The notes below the pieces were generated by a model. It did no database searches and had not been told where the DNA came from. It worked only from the letters and a program-made list of their open reading frames with translations. This document shows, piece by piece, positions 13,601 through 25,190 of a stretch of 64,000 nucleotides of DNA. Origin of the DNA: Laetmonice hystrix (lineage: Eukaryota); the NCBI GenBank assembly GCA_965235115.1, contig OZ249436.1:42534001-42598000 (forward strand). The letters are read 5' to 3'. Position 1 is the first letter of the stretch, and every line of letters begins with the position of its first letter. A program made the position numbers and the translations under genes.

Positions 13601-15256
13601 GTGCATGAACGAGTCCTTGCCATCGGACGCTCTCATGCACAAGGTCTCGTTGGATTCCACAATTTTACTGGTGCGGATTGGGGTGGCAAATTCGTGGGCA
13701 TGAGCAAGAAGAGGTTGGTCTCCGCCTACCTATGCCTAGTGGATGGCAGCCCCATTCTCCAAGTGTTCAGTCGCTTGGGAGACGGGCCCATGGATATCAC
13801 ACACACACAAGATGGGGATGTTGCAAAACATCTGGAGGCATTCGTGTGTCAGGTCTATGCTCCTAGTAGCACGCATCGAAACCTCAGCCAACTCCGATGG
13901 GAGCTTTTCAGGTCCAAAAACCTAGAAAGCGAAATGCTCCCTCCGACACGTGCTACTCTCATACCTCACATCCAGCGGGCAAACCTGGTGGCCATGCGGG
14001 ACAAGGGCTACTCTACCGCCACCCCCTCTCTCCCCTCTCTCGAAGGAAACGGGTGGTCAAATGGACAACCAGTCACATGCTTCGTTCCCCCTTGCCCCTC
14101 ACGGGGTTATTGAAATGGTGAAATGTGGGTGTCACGGGGGATGTAAGGGAAACTGTTTGTGCCACAAGAATGGGTTATCTTGTACACCACTGTGCAAGTG
14201 CTACGACGGCGGGTGTAGCAACATCCGGGACTACCATATGGATATAGAGGAAGGGGAGGACGAGGATCAACTGGATGAATAATTACTCCAGCCTAGAATA
14301 TTCAGTTATAAGTGTATATTCATGTTGACCTACATGCACAGTATGGACGTTCTTGATGTCATGCTATATTCAGATGTATTTGGGTAGCTGATTATCCGTC
14401 CTTATAGTATCTAGAATGCAGTTTATTAGTTGTACTTCGAGACATCGATTTACGTCACACTCCATGATCACAATAATATTCAAAGTGACATTATGGAATA
14501 AAGTTGGGCTCATAAATCGTACCATAGTATGCAATTGTTTTAGGCAATATCATTGATTTTCAATATCGGTTTTGTTGGCGGCCATCTTGGATTTGGTGGC
14601 CATCTTGATTTTCGGAAATGTCATAAGTCGATTCAGCACAATCACAAACCCCATAATCGAGGTTAAAACTCGATAAAGGCTCTGGTGGCCAAAACAGGGC
14701 TACTTTCGGATTTCATGGCAACAAGATCGTAAAATTCGGCCAAGGTGTTGCTGAGATAGGCCTATGGCCAAATCCTTTTTGCCGTGTAAGCGAAAATTAG
14801 GCTTTTATCGGTTTCGGGGTGGCCATCTTGGATTTGGCGGCCATCTTGATTTTCAAAAATGTCATAAGTCGATTCAGAACCATTGTGAGCCCCACATTCG
14901 AGTCTAAATCTTAAAATTCGGCACTCTGGTGCCCTAAACAGAGCTACTTCCGGGTTTAATGGCGGCCATCTTGGATTTGGCGGCCATCTTGGTTTTCGAA
15001 AATGTTAGAAATGGAGTCGGCATGCTCGAAACCCCCAGAATCGAGTTCAAGATCGTAAAAATCGGCCAAGGGGTTGTTGAGATATGTCCAAATCCATTTG
15101 GGGGTGGCAGCCATTTTGAATTGAGCGAAAACGAGGCTAAAAGGGGTCAAAAAAATTGAACCCTATGATTTTCCCTTTATACCACCCCTAAAGATACGAA
15201 ATCCACCCCTAACTCAAAATGAGCACAAAAATCGTACGGAATGACAAGTAGCACTA
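10685..15256 (+). mobile_element. Academ-superfamily (AcademX-type) DNA transposon, internally deleted and defective
   Basis: TTC|TAGTG... at 10682-10689 and ...AGTAGCACTA|TTC at 15247-15259 give a 3-bp TSD and TAG..CTA termini. TIRs are ~450 bp (about 10685-11140 vs 14810-15256). The internal ORF remnants have the transposase + XPG-like nuclease + Cys-rich architecture described for Academ. Confidence 0.85.
11470..14282 (+). pseudogene. Disrupted Academ transposase / XPG(FEN1-PIN)-like nuclease / CXC-type Cys-rich finger ORF
   Basis: Transposase motifs: ITLDLDLY..AIQL, GMLHISFA, GKAYKRG, NQNLEQ..K..GGLVGLT. Nuclease motifs: IIDAMAVVQ, VVFDHY, HEEADT, SPDTDV, HNFTGAD..GKF.G.SKK, LPPT...L..HIQRAN. 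C-terminus KCGCHGGCKGNCLCHKNGLSCTPLCKC. Lesions: in-frame stops near 11651, 11783 and 12319; frameshifts near 12230 and 14095; apparent internal deletion near 12910; N-terminus missing. Confidence 0.88.
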
Positions 15257-18200
15257 TTCGAGGCCACAGCACAGGATGGCAGTGATGATGTGACGGTCTG
15301 ACCGCCGGGGTCGGACTCGCCTGACTGTGACGATCTGTCTGTGGCGGTTTGACTGACACAGTGTGACGGTTCGACCGTGTGACGATTTGACTGGTACATG
15401 TATTCTTAGGCCTATATATACGCGGATAGGCCCCCTATTCCCCCGAACACATGTCTGTGTTTACATTTTGAAAATAGTTTGGTGACGTCAGCAAAGCAAG
15501 ATGGCGCTTTCACTGTCCGAGTCCAGTTCCCGAAAGGAAAGTAAACCGGAAATGGCTCGGTCGTTCCGATTGGGGCTAGGCTATTACTAGGCTAAAGGCA
15601 GCCGAAGCGGGTGGCAAATCGACGGGGGTCAGTCCCACAGTTACAGTCACAGTCACAGTCACAACTAAATGCAGCAGGTCTGTGCTGACTATGCTGACAC
15701 TGCCATTGCCCGCGGTCGTATAGTCAGAGTGGGGCCGGGCCTCAGGGGCCATGAGCTCCGTCAACATCACACGAGTCCGAGTGGGACGAATTGAATTCAG
15801 GCGGACGAAACCCACGGCTGCCCAGATCCGTGTCCACCCTGATATAACCCCTGACATCGGTAGGCTTAATTCCTAGCCATTCCTCATCACTATCGATGGT
15901 TTTCGTCTATGTTCTAACAAATTTTGCTTATAAGCTGTCAACGTTCGCTGCCTTCCGAATCGATCAACGCAACAGGTGCGTCAGTTTTTAGTTTCTCCCA
16001 AACTGGAGAGCAGTCGTGCTGCGCATGCTCGCCTAGGGCGATCATGCGCAGTTTGAGATTAGCCCAAGGAGCAGACGGTAATGGCGGCCTTCACCAGCTG
16101 AGCAGATTCTAAGAAGCCTCCGGCACTAAAGTGCTTATATCTTAACTATTTGAGCACCAATTGTGTTCAAATATTTTTTAACTTGCTTAGAATATCACGG
16201 CCTGTGTGCCTGGCCGGTACAGACTGGCGATGGCCGTTTCTTTTAAAGAAAGGCAAAATATTAGCTTTTCAGCTGTCTGTACATGTGCTTCTTACCTTAA
16301 AGCTTTTTTCCAGCCCAAAATTGAACCCAATAGGCTGTTCAGAATACAGAATCCGATAATAAAAAGAGGTGTGCTCTATAGAAGGCACGAATATTGGAGT
16401 AGACCGCCATTTCTGCCACGCCCATCGTATTAACCAATCAAAAAAGAGCGGGATTCCAGGACTAATGACGTCACTAAGTCGAACCACAGCCCTGCCGCCA
16501 TTCATTCAGGGGTAAAACTTGGTATCCTTCATACGCGTCTACAGGCCTCCTATACAACTTTACAAGTCGTTTGGACTTTAGTCCAAGTTTTAAAAAAGTA
16601 CTGGAGACTAGTGGAGTCGAGAAAGGGAGAGGTTCGTGATCATGTGTAGGCCTACAGACGAGGTAGTAGGCAGTGGCGGATCTAGACTGTCGCTCAGGCA
16701 GCTTGAGTGACATGCAGTCAGCCCCCACCCCAGCATTGCTTTGGGGCTGTTCGCGGCTGACCGTCACCCTCAGCTGCAGTCTGAGACTGAGTCAGCATGC
16801 CAGGTTGTGTGGCTGTCGGCTGCACTCAATTCGAAAAGACCGAAGACCAGCGCTATAAATAACTATGTTGGCGGCTCTCGGTGGCTGCTGCTGCCGCGTC
16901 ACTGCTTGGACACCTTGTACCATATTCTCGTGGTTCGTCCTTTTTAGGCCCTTTATCTCTTTCGTTGTTATTTACTATTTCATTGACCGACTGTTTAATA
17001 AACCTCAAGGTTTCCACTCTCAAATTCATGGCTCCTCTGACATGTTATCCACTTCCCCTTGCGGGGGGGGGGGGGGTAGAAACGACCTGCTCATTCTGAA
17101 TCAGCAGTAGGTTTTGTTAGGTCCTACTTTGATGATGAAAAACATGGCCCATAACTCGGCCTATAGATTTGCCCGTTTTCTGACGCCCATAATTAATTCG
17201 CTTCTCAAAACTCAAGATTATCGCCTCGCAAGCCTCAAAATTAGGCCCCCCTACATCGTTATCAAAGCGACAAATCTCTTCCGCCTAGATAACTCGAGCT
17301 ATAGGGTTCCGTACACACAGCAACTGGGCCGTGCTAGATTCGTTCACTTCTAGTGACGTTAACATACCTTAGAGATGGCCGATTAGTGTCAACAACGGAG
17401 CACGTTAACGAGATTTTTACCGACGTCGTGTGATTGGTGTCCGGCGATCTACAAAGACGTGCATTGTTAGGATCTTCCTGCTGCACTTGCCACATACGTT
17501 TTGTGAAAAATAGATAAAAGCAAGGAGAGGAAACAGCTGAGTTGACACTCCGTTTTTAACAGATTGCAAATTATATAGGCGGCCTGAAGCGTTGACTTAC
17601 CTTTCAAACTCAGTAGTTGAAAGTGTGGCTTCAGGACTAATAGTTTTCACAGAGATAAAAGAGTTAAACCGTGGATGGTGCCAAGCCTGATGCACCGAAA
17701 AGTGCATTTTAGCCGTGATCAAGGCACGCATCTATAGCCGCACTGCAAACGCTGTATATCATTTGCTACTGTTTCTCCGTCACCTCATTCACCTATACCT
17801 CGATTGTCGGGTAAGGTCTTGAGATCGATAACGTGCAAGCCGGCTTTACTTCAGAATGAAAGAACAAACCGTGCTTTGGAATATTATAGGCCTACCTTTT
17901 CAATATGGCCTTCGTACGATGGTATGCGGTATGTTTCAGATGGAATAGATCTGTACAAAAAACATATGCACAAAACAGATAACTGCATGCCTCGCCATCG
18001 GTAAGACAATACCCAGTCTTACATAAAACACAATAAAGTGAGCACTGTTATCGCTCAGGTCTCATGGACAACAGTGTAGTTTTAATGCTATTGTCTTTCT
18101 CCCGACGGGACGGGTCGCAGCAGCGAAATTTCCGCCAATTTTATTTCACATCCATCGGGGACAGCGTGTCTGGAGTCTGTCAGCAGCATCCACATCACGA

Positions 18201-18654
18201 AGAGACCGCTGTCAAATCCACGAGGAGGCCCCTTCGCAACAACGGATTGGAGTTTGATATCGGTGCTGTTTCGTTGGGTTCCGCATTCTATAGTTATCAT
18301 TGATTGCATGCTGAAGGAAGGTCGATGAAAATTTAAAAGTGATAAAATGTGGATGTTGTATAGTGTGTGGGTGTCGGGGGTGGGGATGGTGGGGGTGGGG
18401 GTGGGGTGGGGCTGAGTGATAGCAGAAGGTTATCGTGTTACCATTTGACAATGACAAACTATTCATATACACTACCCCCGTGTGAAAGAAACTTGATCCC
18501 AGTATGTCTTCGCGAGAATTAAAATTACACAGCAATCTCGCAAAGTGTGACCAAATCTATTGCCTCAATAACATCTATAGCCTTATACAGTTGACTGTTA
18601 AGAAATCGTTTAGTCTAAAATGCCAACACGATATTGTTCAATGCCGTTTTTTAA

Positions 18655-18725
18655 AGGGGCAATTCGTGTGAAACCGGCAGTCTTTCGCCTTTTTGCTGTT
18701 AATACATAGTATAGATACGCGACAG
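18655..18725 (+). mobile_element. Truncated left end of a Kolobok-type MITE (same family as 21803-22695)
   Basis: TTAA|AGGGGCAATTCGTGTGAAA... matches the start of the element at 21803 for ~70 bp. Confidence 0.65.
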
Positions 18726-19472
18726 GGCTTTGAAATCGGCCTTGAAACCAAGCCAACCGACGCATTTGGCAAATCCTCTACCAGTTCTCCAACATCCCTA
18801 ACGCGAAGCTGTTAAAAGAAACGTCCACCGCCAGTGTGTACAGGCCAGGCACACAGGCCGTGATATTCTGAGCAATTTAAAAAAGATTTGAACACAATTG
18901 GAACCTACTCCGCTGCTGGTGGCCGCCATTAGCGTCTGCTCCTTGGGCTAATCTCACACTGCGCATGCTCGGACCACTGCTCTCCAGTTTGGGAGGAACG
19001 AAAAACTGACGCACCTGTTGCGTTGAGCGATTCGAAAGGTAGCGTTAACGTTGACAGCTTATAAGCAAAATTTGTTAGAACATAGACGAAAACCATCGAT
19101 CATAGTGATGAGGGATAGCTAGGAATTAAGCCTGCCGATGTCAGGGGATATATCAAGGGGGGGGGGGGGGGGCACGGATCTGGGCAAGCTCCAGCCGTGG
19201 GTTTCGGCCACCTGCATTCAATTCGTTCCGCTCGGAGGTGCGATGTTGACGGAGCCCAGGTCCACTGTGCCGGGGCCGGGCCCTGACGGCCAGCCCAATA
19301 GCAACAAATGACTGCGCCGCTGAAGCCAGTGATTTTGACACGGTTGTCATGTTCAACTTATGACTTCTTGGAATAGGGAGACATTTATTTCCAACCACTA
19401 CTCTGAAAGGTGAGTGTATATAGAGGCCTTGCAGCTGTCCAAATGTGATTTTTGACTGGACTTCTCCTTTAA

Positions 19473-20790
19473 AGGGGCATATTATAAGGAAACGTGAAAA
19501 ATCAGTATTTCAAAGAACTTTTGCTGTTTTCATGAAGAGATCCTTCATTAAAATTGCTTGGTAAACAAAGACGGACCTATCAGTTCCATTTTTGAGAAAT
19601 TGAAGTTTTTGGAGGCCCCTTGCTGGCTATCTGGAAAAACACGAGCTTTTGTTGACCCACGTGACACGCAGAACCCTCGCGCATGCTCAGACGGTTTGTT
19701 TTGAAGCGTTTCACCTGGCTACGAACGGGATGGAGATGACGACTATAAACGCCGAACATTTCGTATGTACGTTTAGTTTTATCAGTCAGGAAATTGTCTG
19801 ACACTCGATCGTGGTGGAAGGAATCGGGAATGGCGGCCTCAGTCTGTGCTGTAATCTGATTGGTCGTCCCTCCCGTCACGAAATGCACGGACCTAGGTGA
19901 CGCTGCGAAGCACCATTCGGGACTCCCTCGGGCATATGACGTCACTTCCTGCTATTCGAATATACCCTCGGGTGGATTAGCGGCCATGTTTGGCAACTGG
20001 ATACGTGGCCAAATGGAGGTGTGTAGCGAGGCACTGAGTGAACCGTCATATCCCATCGGGTCTATTAGATCTATTCACACCTGCTCCTTCGGCGTTGTAT
20101 GTTCAAATATAAATTTCTGGTATGAAGGGTAACGTTTGAAGAAGAAAAATGAATCACCTAATTTACCTAATGGGCGTCAATACGGTAATTTATAAAATTC
20201 TGGGAAGCAATATGGCCGCGCCATGAACGACACATGCACGACACATGGTAGGACTACTTGTAATCATGTTGTAATTTAAGTTGTATCATGACATGATACT
20301 ATTGTAATATTGCCCACTGACTTCGGGGAAAGCATTGTAGGCCTATTTTAGTTGCTTCCATGTCTGATGCAGACAAAATACTGCAAGCACTGCCATGCTG
20401 TCGAGAGTCCCGGCTAAATGTACCCGCGATGCAATGCTCAAAATGGCGCCTATTTCACCCGAGGCTACTTTCGAAGATATGGCCGAGGATTCCCGAATGT
20501 GCGAAGCACTACCCAACGAGAATCAGACATGGTGTCGTGGGGGGGAGGGAATCACTGGAAGCGGCTCAACCCCAAGCGTGGGAGGATGCGAATAACGTAG
20601 AGTGAGGGCGAAATAGTGCTTCTGGAATTGTGAGATTTCAAGAGATGATAATCTGTGGAGCACTGGATGTTGTGCGGTGTTTTGAGAACGGTGTTTTGAG
20701 AATGGCGATCTTCGAGTTGAGAAACAGATCATGACTGGGTGTCAACTACCAACTCGGCCTCAGCCGGATTCGTGTCCAACTTCCCTCATT
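19473..20790 (+). mobile_element. Kolobok-type non-autonomous element, right end not found
   Basis: Begins TTAA|AGGGGCAT immediately after the large element's TSD. Its ~20610-20790 segment is strongly similar to ~22155-22325 inside the Kolobok MITE. Confidence 0.55.
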
Positions 20791-20802
20791 ACATAATACA
20801 GA

Positions 20803-21347
20803 GGGTGTCGCACGGCACGATATTCCGTTCCGATGCTCCGACCGCCTGAGCTTCCGATGATTGTAGATAAATCGGGACTCGAGTCGTTGCGATCTCATCA
20901 GTATCGGTGAAAAGTCTGAACCTGGTATCACACGGCACGATATTTCTTTCCGATCCTCCGACCACGTGACCTTCCAATGATCGGAAGTAAATCGTCGGGC
21001 AGATCACATGACATTTCTGACGTTTTTTATTGGCTGTCAGTCGAAAGAGCCCAATTCCGACTTCGATTATCATCCGATATGACGCTCACACGGTACGACG
21101 TCATGCTCAAACTACCCTACAACCCCCAATTTACCTCCGACTACCCGATGATGATCGGTGAAAGGTCCTGACACTGTCAGACTTTCCTCGGACTCACCGA
21201 CCCTCCGATATTGCTACGACCATCGCATCGTAAATATCATCACACCACACGACCTTGTGCTCACACGACCCGATATTTGGTCCGATATGTCTCCGATGTC
21301 GCCGGTCGGAGGATCGGAATGAAATATCGTGCCGTGTGACACCGGCT
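20803..21347. mobile_element. PIF/Harbinger-like MITE with a duplicated left end
   Basis: GGT(G/A)TC(G/A)CACGGCACGATATT...CCGAT.CTCCGACC occurs at ~20804 and ~20923. Its reverse complement GGTCGGAGGATCGGAATGAAATATCGTGCCGTGTGACACCGGC is at 21304-21346. Family assignment is from terminal resemblance only. Confidence 0.65.
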
Positions 21348-21802
21348 ACTGGCTTTACGCTAATAGGACTTTTCTCATATCGCTGCCTTGCTGGCGAACC
21401 GGCGAATATGGTGTTTTTATCGAAAATGAGTTTCTGGCACCAACTTATTATACTTGTTCTGGGGAATCAGCAGAGAGTGAATTTTTAATGAATATTGAAT
21501 AATTAACAGAATAATTAACAAATTTTTAATTTGCAAACCGGCGAATATGTTTATTGGAGCCTTGAAATATTTTGGCAAATCGGCGAATATACATATTCGC
21601 CGCTTTGCCAAAAACCAGCTCATTGACATAGATGGTAGTAAAGTTTTTTCGCAAAGTGGCGAATATAATACATTGTATCATTTTTGAGGTAAATAGCCAA
21701 TCAAATTAAAGATTATAGCTACACTTTTTCTCAATATAAACCATTGGGTCTTTCTTTTGTGGCCAATTGAACTCTGCTGCAAGATTGAACACGTATACTT
21801 AA

Positions 21803-22695
21803 AGGGGCAATTCGTGTGAAATCGTTAGTTTTTCGCTTTTTCGCTATTAATATAGTAAAGATAGGAAGTATGACATTACAATTGGACATACATGATAACC
21901 ATCGTTCTCCGTAATATTCGGAGAGTTCTATAACCTTCGACTTGTAGGCCTACCAAGCTCCGCCCCGTCCTTTTAACCCTTGTAGATTCACTTGGCGCAC
22001 AAATTATACATGTGCGCCTGCGCATTCATGGTTTTTGTGACCTGGCGGCGCACAGAACGTGGACATGCCGAGTATGAACCCAGTTTTCACTATCCTTACC
22101 CAAAATAACACCTTTTTTAACGAATGACGTGGAGTGGGGGTGAAATATGATTCTAGTGCTTCCGGAATTGTGGGATTTCAAGAGGTGGTAATCTATGTAA
22201 CACTGGATGTTGCGGTGTTTTGAGAGCGGCGATCTTCGAGTTGAGAAACAAATCAAGAATGTGGCCAGGGGGGTGTCAACTCCAAACTTGGCCTCAGCCG
22301 GATTCACGTCCAACTTCCCTCATATAGGCCTAGTTCTATGCCTCGGATGTTGGTAATCATATTCAGAATACAATATCGTGGCAAGTTTGATGATCTCAGC
22401 GGCGACCGTAGAGCCTACACTTCAGTGGTCCTACCCGCTGCAGTCCACGGCAGGACCATAGGGCTTTGGGCGGAGGGGGGAGCGCAAGGGTCGATGGGAC
22501 ATGTTTTTGACATGAGGGCGGCAACACCTCATTAGCTATGCGTTGTGACCGATAGATCAAATGATCACTGCATACGCAATTGATACGAATCGGATGGCTA
22601 TAATTCTTGGTATGTAGACTTATTGACATCTCTAGTACACAATATCTTTGAAAGTTGTATGAATTCCACAAAAAGGGCCCTCGCGAATTGCCCCT
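21803..22695. mobile_element. Kolobok-type MITE, 893 bp, TTAA TSD
   Basis: TTAA(21799-21802)|AGGGGCAATTCG ... CGAATTGCCCCT|TTAA(22696-22699). Confidence 0.85.
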
Positions 22696-22825
22696 TTAAG
22701 AGAGAATGGTAAGGAAACCGATTATTCAGGCTCTATTCTTATTATTACATGTTTGGCGTTACGTTTTACGTGAACTTGAAGTTGTTTCAAAGCTATGAGG
22801 CCTAGGCCTAGGCTATATATACCTA

Positions 22826-23014
22826 TATGGGCGGATCCAGGATTTTTTCGGGGGGGGGGGGGGGCTAAGCCTCGGGCAAAACTCATAACCCTTGGGTGCC
22901 TATAAGCTGAATGCACACCCAGTTATCTAGGCCTACTCATTTTCATAGCCTGCCGATATCTCGTCCAGAATTGAGGGGGCTGGAACCCCTTTGGCCCCCT
23001 GGATCCACCAAGTG
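22826..23014. mobile_element. hAT-like MITE (GGCGGATCCAGG family), degenerate ends
   Basis: GGGCGGATCCAGGATTTTTTCG(G)n ... CCCCCTGGATCCACC. Same terminal pattern as 32476-32655 and 54908-55089. Confidence 0.65.
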
Positions 23015-23184
23015 CTAGATCTAAACCTTTCATTTGTTATAGCCTACCTCTATTCTAAGTTATAGGTTATAGCCTACTGGTAGACCTGTAGGCTAATAGT
23101 CACGCCTATATACTCACCGTACAAGTGTAGGCCTTTGGCTACTTGTAAGTAAGTATATACCAATTCTGCAATAGGCCTACTCAG

Positions 23185-24207
23185 AACACCTCCAATTATG
23201 TGGCGGCCGCCACATACCTTATCTGACGGCCGCCACATAACTCATCTGGCGGCCGCCAGATGAGTTATGTGGCGGCCGCCACATAATTGGAGGGATTTCT
23301 TTTTTTACATTAGTTATTTGGCAGCCGCCAGATAAGTTATCTGGCGGAGGAGGGATTTTTTGACGTAATTATGCGGCGATCGCTAGATAAATTATGTGGC
23401 GCCACATAATTGGGGGTTTCACTTTTCCAGATAAATTGATTCTAGGGCAATTGACCCCCGTACATCTGCCCCCCGGGACATTTGCCTCCCCCGGACATTT
23501 GCCCCCGTAGGACTTCTACCCCCTAGGGCATCTGCCCCCAGATATTCACCCCCGGATATTAACCCCCGTAGGACTTCTGCCCCCTAGGACACCTGCCCCC
23601 AGACATTCACCCCCAGACATTAGCCCCGTAGGACTTCTGCCCCCTAGGATATCTGCCCCCCCCCCCAGATATTCACCCCCGGACATTAACCCCCTAGGAC
23701 TTCTGCCCCTCTATGATATCTGCCTCCCAGACATTAACCTCCGTAGGACTTCTGCCCCCCCCCCTAGAACATCTGACCCCCAGACATTTACCCCCCTGAC
23801 ATTAACTCCCATAGCACTTCTGCCCCCCCCCCCAGGACCCATAGCTAACCCTAACCCTAACCCAAACCAATCCTAACCTCTCCGAGAAGGCACATGGATG
23901 CAATGTCCGGGGTGAATGTCTGGGGGGGGGATGTCCTAGGAGGGCAAAAATCCTACCGGGGTTAATATCTGGGGGTGAATGTCTGGGGGGCAGATGTCAT
24001 CGGGAGGCAAAAGTCCTACGGGGGCTAATGTCCGGGGGGCGAATTCGGGGGGGGGGGGGCAGATGCCCTAGGGGGACAGAAGTCCGGGGGCAGGTGTGGG
24101 GGGGGGGGGGGGCAAATGTCCAGGGGGAAAGTGCCCTGATACCAGATAAATTATGTGGCGGCCGCCAGTTAGCCGTAGGGTATATGGCACTATTACCGAC
24201 TTCCGTA
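23185..24207. mobile_element. Palindrome-rich repeat element built from TTATGTGGCGGCCGCCA units, interrupted by a foldback MITE
   Basis: Multiple GGCGGCCGCC cores with (A/G)TTAT(G/C)T arms at 23195-23410, resuming at 24144-24170. Perfect 52-bp palindrome at 23227-23278. Confidence 0.6.
23438..24143. mobile_element. Mutator (MULE)-like foldback MITE with a 9-bp TSD
   Basis: AGATAAATT occurs at 23429-23437 and again at 24144-24152. The left arm is tandem C-rich units (GGACTTCTGCCCCC / GACATT(C/A)ACCCCC) and the right arm is their G-rich reverse complement. The centre has CTAACCCTAACCCTAACCC. Confidence 0.75.
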
Positions 24208-24459
24208 CAAAATTCAAGACCACTTGCATGAACGTGCAGTTTTAGTAACTGTGTAATTGAAAGGTCATTTCCGGGTTAATGCCCTCTTCTGATTCTAGGC
24301 CCATGTGTTGGAGTAAATAGGGTCTTCTAGGCCTAGTAGCTTGTGAAATGACTAAAGAATAATTCTTTAATCAAAGTCACAAACTACAGTGTATTAACTC
24401 AAACAGTTTCGCAACCCATAACTCTCGGAATTGTTGATTAAAGATCTTTGTGTGCCTTT

Positions 24460-25190
24460 TCAGACTCCACTCTTCTAGCATAGAGGTATAGGGCGATCTA
24501 TAGTCAGACTCCTCTCTTCTAACATAGGGCGATCTATAGTCAAACTCCTCTCTTCTAGCATAGGGCGATCTATAGTCAAACTCCTCTCTTCTAGCATAGG
24601 GCGATCTATAGTCAAACTCCTCCCTTCTAGCATAGGGCGATCTACAGTCAAACTCCTCTCTTCTAGCATATAGGGCGATCTATAGTCAGACTCCTCTCTT
24701 CTAGCATAGGGCGATCTATAGTCAAACTCCTCTCTTCTAGCATAGGGCGATCTACAGTCAAACTCCTCTCTTCTAACATAGGGCGATCTATAGTCAAACT
24801 CCTCTCTTCTAGCATAGGCGATCTATAGTCAAACTCCTCTCTTCTAGCATAGGGCGATCTATAGTCAAACTCCTCCCTTCTAGCATAGGGCGATCTACAG
24901 TCAGACTTCTCTCTTCTAGCATAGGGCGATCTATAGTCATACTTCTCTCTTCTAGCATAGGGCGATCTATAGTCAGACTCCTCTCTTCTAGCATAGGGCG
25001 ATCTACAGTCAGACTCCTCTCTTCTAGCATAGGGCGATCTACAGTCAGACTCCTCTCTTCTAGCATAGGGCGATCTATAGTCAGACTCCTCTCTTCTAGC
25101 ATAGGGCGATCTATAGTCAGACTCCACTCTTCTAACATAGGGCGATGTACAGTCAGACTCCACTCTTCTAACATAGGGCGATGTATAGTA
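24460..25190. repeat. Minisatellite, ~20 copies of a 36-bp unit
   Basis: Unit TAGTCA(G/A)ACTCCTCTCTTCTAGCATAGGGCGATCTA, head-to-tail. It explains the repetitive minus-strand ORFs 24475-25229. Confidence 0.97.

Larger units (their letters stand above)
9774..19468. mobile_element. Large non-autonomous Kolobok-type DNA transposon (TTAA target duplication, long TIRs) hosting nested insertions
   Basis: TTAA(9770-9773)|AGGAGAAGTCCAGTCAAAAATCACATT... and ...AATGTGATTTTTGACTGGACTTCTCCT|TTAA(19469-19472). 9774-~9953 is the near-perfect reverse complement of ~19288-19468, and ~15755-16220 is the reverse complement of ~18838-19255. TTAA TSD with 5'-AGG termini fits Kolobok rather than piggyBac (CCC/CAC termini). 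Confidence 0.8.

Noticed and set aside
9774..19468. piggyBac assignment because of the TTAA TSD
   Set aside because: The termini begin AGG rather than the CCC/CAC typical of piggyBac, and no piggyBac transposase is present.
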